Shown here: piece after piece, positions 1 to 9,500 of the stretch
Position numbering within the stretch: position 1 is the stretch's first letter
Layout: every line of letters begins with the position of its first letter
Virus record (IMG/VR): IMGVR_UViG_3300008012_000023
Span: 28,982 to 92,981 of that record
Source: a virus
Length of the DNA stretch: 64,000 nt
Strand: one strand, 5' to 3'
Notes under the pieces: model-generated
Databases searched by the model: none
The model's input: the letters and a program-made list of their open reading frames with translations, nothing else
What the model was told of the DNA's origin: nothing
Position numbers and translations under genes: made by a program

Positions 1-1325
1 ATCAAAAATGCCGGTGCTTCGGACACCACGCCAAACACAGCGTCGTCTAATGCTTTGACGCATTTAGTAATTTCTTTATCACCGCCCAATATGACAACAT
101 CTCCCGCTTCAAGTGGCGTGTCAGTTTCGTATCTTTCTGCTAGGTCGGCATATTGTGCCGCTGTCGATGTTGCGTGAACTATGTTTGCTCTAATGTCCAC
201 CAATGTAGCGGCGGATAATTCGTCATCACCACCACCTGATTTAAATGCTGTCCAGGCACCACCGGCGTTGCCGTAGATTGTGGTTCCGTCGTCTGCGAAT
301 GTTTCATCCCATACCCAGTATAGATCCTGTTCAGTGGCAGATGACGTCCTACCTCTGTTTACTTTCATACCCGTGTAATTTGGCATTCCAGCCGCTGTTG
401 AAATATTTCTGTTCAGTTCAATTATGTTATCTTCTATGGAAAGGTTTGAAGTGTTGACAGTTGTTGTTGTTCCCTGTACTTCTAGATTGCCTTTCACTTT
501 GACTGTGCCGGTACCTGTGGGGTCTATTATTATGTCTCCACCACTGTTGATGTTTTGTAATGTGACGTCACTACCGCTTACGGTAATAGTGAAATCTGAA
601 CCAGCACCCACAGTCAATCCGGAGTCGTTCAATACTCCCAAACTACCTGTAGTGGTATCATTGGCATTTGACACCAAGAAACTGGCACTGCTGTTTCCAC
701 CAAGTGCATCTGAATCGGTTGATGTGCCTGTCAACTTGTTGGACGCCACCGCCGTTGATAAATTGATACCTTGACTTATCGTGGCAAATCCTGAAATTGC
801 TGTACCTGGAGTGAATGCCTCTCCACTTACGATTGCCACCACCGTGTCGTTGGTTACAAATTTAAGTATGGATTTATTGACTCCAACATTGTCTGCGATT
901 GTTTCGCTGACCACTTGTGTCACTCCCGAACCTGCCACTGTGGTTGGTCCTATCAGTGTCCATGCAGTTCCGTTGTAGACGTACAACTGGTTGTTGGTTG
1001 TGTCGAACCATGTGTCACCTGTGTTGGCATTTGTCGGGGACGTTGATGAATTAGTGCTGGAACCTACCGGTTTCCATTTTGATCCATTCCATACGTTGAT
1101 TTGATTGGATAATGAATCATACCACAACTGGCCTTTTTGTTTGTTTTGTGGTGACGAAGTGTTTGCGAAGTTTTCTAGTAATTTTACTAGGTTTTCATTA
1201 AGCCTTTCTCCAAAGCCGGCGTATCCTTTACCAAAAAGTGTAAGGTCTGTAGTGGTCGTGTCGATCGTGCCATCGGCCAAAGTGACCAGTGTTGTTCCAA
1301 AAGTGTTGTTAATGGTATACGCCAT
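1..1325 (-). CDS. Tail fibre-like virion protein with C-terminal Peptidase_G2-like intramolecular chaperone (partial, runs off window start)
   Basis: Not in the ORF track (no stop in window). Manual translation from ATG 1325 gives MAYTINNTFGTTLVTLADGTIDTTTTDLTLFGKGYAGFGERLNENLVKLLENFANTSSP..., paralogous to 2940-4379 and 4390-5874. Ends in ...HATSTAAQYADLAERYE..GDVVILGG. Confidence 0.85.
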   Translation of the reverse strand, partial: MAYTINNTFGTTLVTLADGTIDTTTTDLTLFGKGYAGFGERLNENLVKLLENFANTSSPQNKQKGQLWYDSLSNQINVWNGSKWKPVGSSTNSSTSPTNANTGDTWFDTTNNQLYVYNGTAWTLIGPTTVAGSGVTQVVSETIADNVGVNKSILKFVTNDTVVAIVSGEAFTPGTAISGFATISQGINLSTAVASNKLTGTSTDSDALGGNSSASFLVSNANDTTTGSLGVLNDSGLTVGAGSDFTITVSGSDVTLQNINSGGDIIIDPTGTGTVKVKGNLEVQGTTTTVNTSNLSIEDNIIELNRNISTAAGMPNYTGMKVNRGRTSSATEQDLYWVWDETFADDGTTIYGNAGGAWTAFKSGGGDDELSAATLVDIRANIVHATSTAAQYADLAERYETDTPLEAGDVVILGGDKEITKCVKALDDAVFGVVSEAPAFL

Positions 1326-1329
1326 AATA

Positions 1330-1509
1330 TTAGTTTGGTGCGTTATCTCTAACGTGCACCAAGAAACTTACATCTCCAAGTAATTTTATCAAAATTTCTG
1401 CTCTCTCAGGAGTCAACATTTCATCCAATTCGGCAATCTCTTCCGAAGATAAAACAGATTGATAATTGGCATTTATGTAATCTGCCACGTTTTGTTTAGT
1501 TGTTGCCAT
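1330..1509 (-). CDS. Small acidic hypothetical protein (59 aa)
   Basis: Manual translation MATTKQNVADYINANYQSVLSSEEIAELDEMLTPERAEILIKLLGDVSFLVHVRDNAPN. Strong SD AAGGAG and TAAATA upstream; fills the intergenic gap. Confidence 0.8.
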   Translation of the reverse strand: MATTKQNVADYINANYQSVLSSEEIAELDEMLTPERAEILIKLLGDVSFLVHVRDNAPN

Positions 1510-1529
1510 TCTTGCTCCTTTTTTACTAT

Positions 1530-2936
1530 TTAATTGATGTCGGGATCATAAATCTCCAACCATTTTCCAAATCTTTGTTCTACAAACGGTCTTACTATCA
1601 CACCCACAGTCCAACAGAAACTTTCACCAATCAATCTTGTGAAAATTCCCAAAATATCTCTCTTTTTCTTGACTCCCATGGCATATGCCAACTCGTTTGC
1701 TCTTGCTTGGGCCAATGCCCTTATAACTCTTATGACTAATTTACCAAATTTGCTGTTGTTTTTATCGGCTTTGGTCATGTAATTGACCAACGGCACTGCC
1801 CAGAACCAATATCCTATTTTGGTATTTCTTGAAATGTATTTCACACTGTACTCTGTGTCAACCCGCAGATCTTCTGCTGAGAACATTCCTTTGTTCTGTA
1901 ACCAAGTACAGATCACACGTCCGCCACCACCACCGCCGCCACCTGATCCTGGTGTGCCCGAACTAGATCCGCCCGAAGAATCTCCAAACCCGGCCGCTGT
2001 TGATGTGAACGTTACTCCTGAATTGAACAATGCTTTCCATACTCCGCCGACCTTATAGTAGGCCGCTGTAATATTTTTCCATGCTCCGCTAACTTTGTAT
2101 TTGATTGTGTTAATATTTTTCCAATCTCCTGAAACTTTATATTTTGCCTGTACACTGATGTTCAAAACAATTACCGCTTTTCCGTTACCGCCTGTGCTTC
2201 CAGCACTGCCACCCACCGCAATTCCTGATGAATAGAAACCAGATCCTGTTCCTGATGGTGTTGTTCCTGAACCTGCGGCTCCTGTTCCGCCTAATGGTAC
2301 AAGGTTAGAACCCGAATATCCTCCAGTACCTCCATTATCTCCTGAACCACCGTTACCGCCACGGCCTCCGTCATCACCGCCACCACCGGCACCACCACCT
2401 CCACCGTCACCGGTATGATTGGCTCCGTTCTCTCCCAGTGTACCTGGAGAATTTGATGTTGCTGAATTGCTATTGATTCCGGCACTACCTGCTGAGTCAC
2501 GACCGTCACCTGCACCACCGCCACCGCCCGCGGCAATGGCTATTTCGCCACCATTGATAGTGACAACAGTGGCTCCTCCGCCACCGCCTCCAGAACCTGA
2601 TGATCCTCGAGGACCAGATGTTCCACCTGCTCCGCCTGAATAACCTGTTAAACTTTTTCCGTTGCCTCCACCTGGTGCTGATCCTCCACCGGTACCTCCT
2701 GCTCCACCGCCGCCCACAGCGACTTTTAAAATTTTGCCTATATGAGAAGTCATGTCTATGCTGGTTGCTGTGACATATCCTCCAGAAGCACCGACACGAC
2801 CAGGACCCCCTTGGTCACCACCGCCACCGCCTCCGGCGCCACCCCAAAGGTGTACGTCCATAGAAGTAGTTCCTGGCGGAATTGTTAATACTTGAGTAGT
2901 ACCTGTGTACGTGAAAGTTTTTGTAATGGTAGGCAT
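1530..2936 (-). CDS. Glycine-rich virion/adhesin-like protein with C-terminal poly-Gly-RVICT domain
   Basis: 468 aa; Gly-rich domain (LWGGAGGGGGG...GGNGKAVIV), repeated KVSGxWK motifs, distinct basic/hydrophobic C-terminal domain. Confidence 0.7.
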   Translation of the reverse strand: MPTITKTFTYTGTTQVLTIPPGTTSMDVHLWGGAGGGGGGDQGGPGRVGASGGYVTATSIDMTSHIGKILKVAVGGGGAGGTGGGSAPGGGNGKSLTGYSGGAGGTSGPRGSSGSGGGGGGATVVTINGGEIAIAAGGGGGAGDGRDSAGSAGINSNSATSNSPGTLGENGANHTGDGGGGGAGGGGDDGGRGGNGGSGDNGGTGGYSGSNLVPLGGTGAAGSGTTPSGTGSGFYSSGIAVGGSAGSTGGNGKAVIVLNISVQAKYKVSGDWKNINTIKYKVSGAWKNITAAYYKVGGVWKALFNSGVTFTSTAAGFGDSSGGSSSGTPGSGGGGGGGGRVICTWLQNKGMFSAEDLRVDTEYSVKYISRNTKIGYWFWAVPLVNYMTKADKNNSKFGKLVIRVIRALAQARANELAYAMGVKKKRDILGIFTRLIGESFCWTVGVIVRPFVEQRFGKWLEIYDPDIN

Positions 2937-2939
2937 TGG

Positions 2940-4379
2940 TTACGCCTCCCTAACGAACCAAAAGTCCCCATCGCTTCCGTCCCCAGATGTTGGTTCTGAA
3001 GTGGAAACGGTCTTAGCAGATGAGCCCCATTTTGGTTGCTCACTGTTGATTAAGTTTACTACTGCGCCTGTTGTTGGTAAGTCTGTAACAGTAGTATTTG
3101 ATGTTGTAATACTGCCAACAGCCGGTAAGGTGAAATATGTTGCGGTAACTCTTCCATTTGAATCTGTTTTCAAAACTTTTTCTTTGTTAGAATCTCCGTC
3201 TGTTGTGGCATCCGACAAAGTTATGATTTGGGAGTATACTCCGTTTTCTCCTGCTACCCAATCGTTCTCTGATACGTCATAAAACAATCTAGCATCATCT
3301 GTGTCTGTAGTTTCAACAATGATTCCAGCGTCTGCTTCCGAATTTCCTGAATTCAATTTAATGAAAGCATTTTCGATAAGATTGATTGCCGATGATAATT
3401 GTGTGTATTCTCCTGTTACACTCAAATTACCTGTAATTTTTACGTTACCTGTCACTTCTAATGGCACTGTAGGACTTGCTGTGAATATACCAATTCTAGA
3501 ATTTGCCGCATCAATTTTGATAGGTGTCACTGTTGATCCACCATCATTGACCGTGAAACTCAAATCTTTGTCTTGTCTAGTTTGTGCTATCGTGATATCT
3601 CCAGAACTTGCCGTAATTGTTAGTTCTTGTTCGTCACCTATTATTACACCAGCATCTGCGTCAACAGTGATCGCTCCCACTGTGGTCTGGGCAGTGTCTT
3701 TCCTCATGAAATTACCGCCTGCTATCACACTGGCACTGGTGTTTGACGTGCCAGAGATGTTTACGTTAGATGTTGTAGTTGTTGAACCACTGAATGTGGC
3801 ACCTAGTGTTGAATTAAGATTGAAACCAGCACCTATTGTGCTGAAACCTGTGATTGCCACTTGAGGAGTAAAAGATTCTTTAGATAGGATCGCTGTCCTT
3901 GTGTTGGCCACATACATTGATGAAATAACTTTGGCATTACCGCCCGAGTCATTTATGGATTCTATTTTCCAACCTGAGAGTGTTTGGCCTTTTGTGTAGA
4001 CCGGACCCACTAACACCCAGGCAGAGCCTGTGTAAATGTATACCTGATCGTCATCTGTGTCGTGCCATATGTCACCGGCACTAGGTGATGTTGGTTGTGC
4101 TGACTGAGATTTAGCACCTCCGGTTGGTTTGAAACTTGTGCCATCGTATACCTTCAACTGAAGAGTCGAGGTGTCGAACCATAATTCTCCATCCAACGGA
4201 GCAGTAGGTGCCGAACTTGATGCTGAATTTTCTAGTAACTTGACGAGGTTTTCGTTTAGGCCTTCACCAAATCCCGAATATGATTTTCCGAACAACTGTA
4301 AAGAAGTGGTGTTATCCACTGTACCATCAGTGATTGTGGTGATTGCTGTGCCTCTTGTGTTGTTAATTACGTACGCCAT
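2940..4379 (-). CDS. Tail fibre-like protein
   Basis: 479 aa; N-terminal LFGKSYSGFGEGLNENLVKLLEN, GELWFD/GDIWHD repeats, RIGIFTASP fibre motif. Confidence 0.8.
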   Translation of the reverse strand: MAYVINNTRGTAITTITDGTVDNTTSLQLFGKSYSGFGEGLNENLVKLLENSASSSAPTAPLDGELWFDTSTLQLKVYDGTSFKPTGGAKSQSAQPTSPSAGDIWHDTDDDQVYIYTGSAWVLVGPVYTKGQTLSGWKIESINDSGGNAKVISSMYVANTRTAILSKESFTPQVAITGFSTIGAGFNLNSTLGATFSGSTTTTSNVNISGTSNTSASVIAGGNFMRKDTAQTTVGAITVDADAGVIIGDEQELTITASSGDITIAQTRQDKDLSFTVNDGGSTVTPIKIDAANSRIGIFTASPTVPLEVTGNVKITGNLSVTGEYTQLSSAINLIENAFIKLNSGNSEADAGIIVETTDTDDARLFYDVSENDWVAGENGVYSQIITLSDATTDGDSNKEKVLKTDSNGRVTATYFTLPAVGSITTSNTTVTDLPTTGAVVNLINSEQPKWGSSAKTVSTSEPTSGDGSDGDFWFVREA

Positions 4380-4389
4380 ATACCTATAT

Positions 4390-5874
4390 TTAGTGTTTTC
4401 CTACAGATACGAAGATCACGCCCTGACCCGCAGATTTGTGGTTTTCCATAGCCTTGCCAATAATAGATCCAAGTTTTGGTTCTATTGCCTTTTTGGCGTG
4501 GCCCGCATTGTTGCCACTGGTTGTTAATAAATCTCCTTTTTCGATCATACCTTCCACTTTACAAGGCACTTTTCCCACAAGTGCGACAGCAACACCTTCT
4601 GACTTATCATTCATTAGGTAGGCTGGATTTGTGGAAACGATCCCCGCCACTCTTGTATCATTTGCGAAGTTGGATATCATGATTTCTTTTGGTCCTCCGA
4701 ATATCACAACAGTGCCGGGCTGATAAGGATAATCAGATTTATAAATCTCTGCCAAGTCAGCGTACTGTGCCGATGTTGCCTTGGCGTAGACAGTGTTGTA
4801 ACCCAATAAACTTGTTCCTATATCATACGTGGCGTCTGCCGCTGGTTTGATATCTTTTGATGTCAATGTGCTGTTCATCGACAATGTGTTCAAAGTGCTG
4901 GCTCCTGTGGTATCTGTTACTGCACCCGACAATGGTCCTGAAAATGCCGTTGCTCTTACTGTACCCGAGACATCAACTTTTGTGGCAGGACTTGTGGTAC
5001 CAATACCAATTCTTGACGAGGCTCCGTCCAGTGTCATCACAGTGGTCGTCGTGCCACCGTCGTTTACTTTGAATGTAATATCACCGTCACTGATAACGTT
5101 TTGTATCACCACTCCCGAACCGTCCACAGTGACCTTTAGATCATTGTCCGCACCAACTGTTAGACCAGAGTCGTTTACAATACCTAAAGTACCAGTGGTG
5201 GTATCATTTGCATTAGATCTTAGATAGTTTGCCGCGGCGACACCACCTAACTTGTCCGAGTCAGTGGCTGTTCCGGCAAATTTCAAATCTGCTATTGCCG
5301 TAGAAAGTGTAATTCCTTTTGTGATGGAAGCAAATCCAGATATGGCAGATTTTGGTGTGAATGAATCTTCAGAAATTATTGCTATTAAATTTCCATCATT
5401 GTACCATTTTGTTATATTTTGATCTGCGTCTGTGGAATCCTTGATAGTTTCGTATATAAATCCGTTGTTTGTTCCTGTGGATGCCGGTGGGCCCACTAAT
5501 ATATTATTTGTTCCGTTGTAAAAATATAATTGTCCAGTGTCTGAATCGATCCAAATATCTCCAGCCTGTTGATTGGACGGAGCCGTAGACTGATACCTAG
5601 CACCTCCCAATGGATTGAATGTTGAACCGTTGTATACCTTGATCCTGTTATCTGCCGAGTCATACCATAACTGTCCGATAATTGGTTTGCTAGGTGCTGA
5701 TGTGTTGGCAAAGTTTTCTAAGAGATGCAGAAAGTTTTCGGCAATTACTTCTCCATATCCTGCATAACCTTTACCCACAAGGCTTAGATCGGTTTGTGTG
5801 TTGATCACATTGTCTTGTACCGTGTACTGGTTTGGTGATGCCGATGAGTTTGTTTTGTTTACTGTGTATGCCAT
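4390..5874 (-). CDS. Tail fibre-like protein with C-terminal Peptidase_G2-like chaperone
   Basis: 494 aa; GKGYAGYGEVIAENFLHLLENFA N-terminus; C-terminal AQYADLAE...GIVSTNPAYLMN...VALVGKVPCKV...GDLLTTS...IGKAME. Confidence 0.8.
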   Translation of the reverse strand: MAYTVNKTNSSASPNQYTVQDNVINTQTDLSLVGKGYAGYGEVIAENFLHLLENFANTSAPSKPIIGQLWYDSADNRIKVYNGSTFNPLGGARYQSTAPSNQQAGDIWIDSDTGQLYFYNGTNNILVGPPASTGTNNGFIYETIKDSTDADQNITKWYNDGNLIAIISEDSFTPKSAISGFASITKGITLSTAIADLKFAGTATDSDKLGGVAAANYLRSNANDTTTGTLGIVNDSGLTVGADNDLKVTVDGSGVVIQNVISDGDITFKVNDGGTTTTVMTLDGASSRIGIGTTSPATKVDVSGTVRATAFSGPLSGAVTDTTGASTLNTLSMNSTLTSKDIKPAADATYDIGTSLLGYNTVYAKATSAQYADLAEIYKSDYPYQPGTVVIFGGPKEIMISNFANDTRVAGIVSTNPAYLMNDKSEGVAVALVGKVPCKVEGMIEKGDLLTTSGNNAGHAKKAIEPKLGSIIGKAMENHKSAGQGVIFVSVGKH

Positions 5875-5879
5875 CTAGT

Positions 5880-6539
5880 CTATTCCGTAAATGTTGTCAA
5901 ACTTTGTATTCTTATTGTGTAATCTATCTGTATCAATCTGTTCAATGATTTCTGCACCGGATGGAATATCACGTGTGTCAACAATTTGTTTGTTGTGCCA
6001 TTTTCCGTTCCTTCCCAACTCTTCAAACCCAGTTCGTCAAATACATAGTCGCCATTGAAATTTGTCGTGTTATCAAATGCCGCTTGTCCTGTTGGTTCTC
6101 CATAATCCAAAGTACAGGTTACAACAATGTCTGTATATTTGTTGCCGGCTGTGTGCCTCACTTCCATTTTGTTACGTGAGGTATCTTTATTTGTTGCCGA
6201 GTTATCATCAATTACTTTGTAATATGATTGATTATATAAAGTTGCGTTTGTTCCTGTAGAGTTTGGTGTGAGGTATGTTATTATACCTGTGGGATCAACA
6301 GTTGTGCCTCCATTTCCAAAAGCCATTTCGTGAATAAATCCTGTTGATTTATTGGCCAGGCTGTTTGCTAACGCTGTACTCATGTTTTCGTAATGAATAG
6401 CGTTCCTTTTATCTACCAGTACCTCTCCCGACTCAGGATCCCAAATTTTAATGTGTCCCTGCATCATGACTCCGTTTTCTTCTCTCATCGAATCTTTTGA
6501 ATCTTTTTGTTTTTCGTTGTTATCTGACTTTTCTTGCAT
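5880..6539 (-). CDS. Baseplate/tail-collar-type structural protein
   Basis: EMAFGNGGT, FDELGL and HPVQKSLNRLIQIDYTIRI resemble tail-collar/fibre-attachment folds. Start moved from 6563 to ATG 6539, 7 nt after a TAAATA. Confidence 0.6.
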   Translation of the reverse strand: MQEKSDNNEKQKDSKDSMREENGVMMQGHIKIWDPESGEVLVDKRNAIHYENMSTALANSLANKSTGFIHEMAFGNGGTTVDPTGIITYLTPNSTGTNATLYNQSYYKVIDDNSATNKDTSRNKMEVRHTAGNKYTDIVVTCTLDYGEPTGQAAFDNTTNFNGDYVFDELGLKSWEGTENGTTNKLLTHVIFHPVQKSLNRLIQIDYTIRIQSLTTFTE

Positions 6540-6549
6540 CTCGTTGTAT

Positions 6550-9500
6550 TTATTCAGGTGCATTTGTTGGTTCTCCTGCTATGAATCTGGCTTGGTAGGT
6601 ATTGGCTTTTTGTAGTCCTTTACCATTTGCGGCAGTGGAAACACCAGCATCATACCAAACTGATCCTGTTTTTTGTATTATTTTTATTTGTACTCCCGAA
6701 GCAGGAGGTGTTATCAATGTTACATTTGCTGTGGATCCATCAACTATGTAGTTTACTGTGCTACCGTCCTCGCTTGTGAGCAACAATCGTTGGCCACCAA
6801 TGAATATGTCTAACTCACTAGCGGAAGACGGAGCCGTAGTTGTGGCAAATGAAACTGTACTACCATCACCTGTATATGTTTTAGATGATATCGTATCAGC
6901 ATAAGGCACCGTTTGTTGTCCAGATGCGTCTACCACGTCTGCGCCACTGGCGTGTACCTTAATTCCTGTTCCCAATGTACCACGTCTCAGTTGTCCAAGA
7001 GTGTTACCTGTTTTTGAGAAATATTCTATTCTTTCTTTGTCGACAAAAATTACGCCAGGCATATTTGCGGAAACATTTGGTTGTCCTAGTATTGTTCCGT
7101 CCTCCACCGTGATCGTGGTGCTGTCAACAAGAAGATCTTGTGTCAATTTTGTTGTGTGTGTTTTGCTAATTCTTTTATAGAATGTCCTGTTCAACATATC
7201 TTTGAATATCCTGAATCCTGTGGCACCCGTGTTGCTCTCGATAGCGAAATACATCACATCCAATCTATCAGATGTCGTTATGGTCTTGCCAAAAATTGTT
7301 ATCTTGTTGTTTTCAATAGTGTAATCATTATTGGCAACTAAAAGTTCTTGATTCAGTGCCACGTATGTGTAATCACTGTTGAACGGATCTGCTGAAAGAT
7401 AAAATTCTCCATTTGTTCTGCCTTCGAGCACCTCTCGCCTTTGCCTCATTCCAAAAGCATTATTGAATGTGGTGACCACAAACTTGTCTCCCTGACTCAA
7501 TGAGATAGAGTCCGATGAAATTTGTGAGGTATCTATGACTAGATCGGATCCTGTGACTGTGTAGTGCTTGTCAACTTTTGTTGCTATAACAATAATGTCG
7601 CCAGATGCTGGCGCCAAAACAAAACTCACATTTTGCTGTGCGATATCAACAGTGTAATCTGTGTTGAGTAATTGTTTGCTTCCATTTTTATAAACTTCTA
7701 TCTGGCTATTTGAAGTTATTGTCTTGGCAGGATCCACTGTACTGCCATCACTTAACATAGTAGACACTCCGTAGGTGAATGTTGCTGTACTGCCATCACC
7801 TGAATAATAGGTGTTATCTGGACCTCTCAATAACGAACCGTTCAGTTCTACCAATGTAAGGCCTGCGTATGGACCAATAGCGCCGGCAGGATACGTCAAA
7901 GGATAAGTCAATGTAGAACCGTCATACTCAATTTCTTGTGTTCTAACTTCCGCGTATGCTCTGCTTGTTGAATCTTGATTGAAGCCTGCTACCTGTATAC
8001 TGTCACCTGAAGCAGGTGCTGATGTAAAAGACACAGTAATTTTTTTGTTCGATTCTGATGTTGTGTAGTCAGTACTAACTGTTTGAGGTACTCCATTTTT
8101 TGTAACATACAGAGTAGGTAATGCACTGTCTAATTGATATGTGTCTCGAGATGCTGTTTCAAAATCAGTTGTTGATCCATCACCTGTAAATTCATTTAAC
8201 ACAACATAATTTGATCCTGATACAGCAAAACTTCTAACGTTGATCACAGCACCAGTCACCGGAGTGGTTGTTAATGTTATTGTTTCATTTTCAACATCTA
8301 CAGTAAAATCAGTGTTCAATGTTTGAATTGTATTGTTCACTGTTACAAAAACACCCGCTGATGTTCCGGGTTTTTGTCCAATGCTAAATGTAATAGTGCT
8401 GTCATCACCAAAATAAGTTTTATTGACTATGAACGGCACACCCGAAAGAGGTGTTGTATAAACTTTTATGTCCAGAGTATCAAATATTGAACCAGGAACG
8501 TTCTCTTCTGGAGCAAAACTTGTTTCTGGCGTGACGAAGGCATCGCCTTCTACAATTATGTCCGATGGACTTTGACCTAACACACTGCTGAAAAGACCTC
8601 CAGATAATTGAGTGTCAAGAGTCCTGTCATCTGTTGGTGTCAATACTTTATCATCATCAAATGGAATGAATTCGACTTTAACACCATTGCCTGGTGCAGA
8701 ACTCAATGTAAATGAAGTTGTTGTTCCGTCACCTCTGAAAACTTCGCTGGTCTGTCTTGTTCCATCAAAGTACACTGTGTAAACTTCTGTGGTTGCTGGT
8801 GCGGTGTCAAAACTGAATGTTACTGTTGATCCATCGCCGTAGAATGTTTTGCTTCTGCTGGTTCCATAATTGTCCCATGGGTTTTCATACCAGTTCGATT
8901 TATCCCACCCTTGGTCATTAGTGAAGTCTAGTCCAGTGACCATCACTCCGCCATAATCTATTCCTTTCATCAACTGTGAAAGTTCGTTGCCTGGCATTTC
9001 TGTTGTTGGTGTGTAAAGTCCTAGTGTTCTTTCAGTTGCCGTGATATAACTTTCGTCACCACGTAATTTCTGCACACTTCCTTCGTTATCGTCGAAGTCC
9101 GTGGTTGAGGTGAATCTGTTCGTGGCACGGTAAAGTTCGTTGTTGAATCTAATCAATGTTCCATACTCGTAAACCGTATCGCTTGTCCAGTCAAGGACCG
9201 TGGCAGTTTTGCTGATCCTATCAAATTTGATTGTTGTCTGTATGTCTCTGACCTTGGCATTTCCTAATCTTACAGATGCCTTGGCCTGGTTTGTTGGTGT
9301 GCTTCCGCCACTCTCGCCGCCTGTTATCAACACAGTTGGTGTGCTGGTATATCCCGATCCCGCATTGGTCACCGAAATACTTTTGACACTGCCATCACTG
9401 ACTACTGCTGTTGCTGTGGCTCCTGATCCACCTCCACCGGTTATTGTCACAGTCGGAGTCTGTGTGTAACCAGATCCGGCATTTGTAATAACTACCGATT

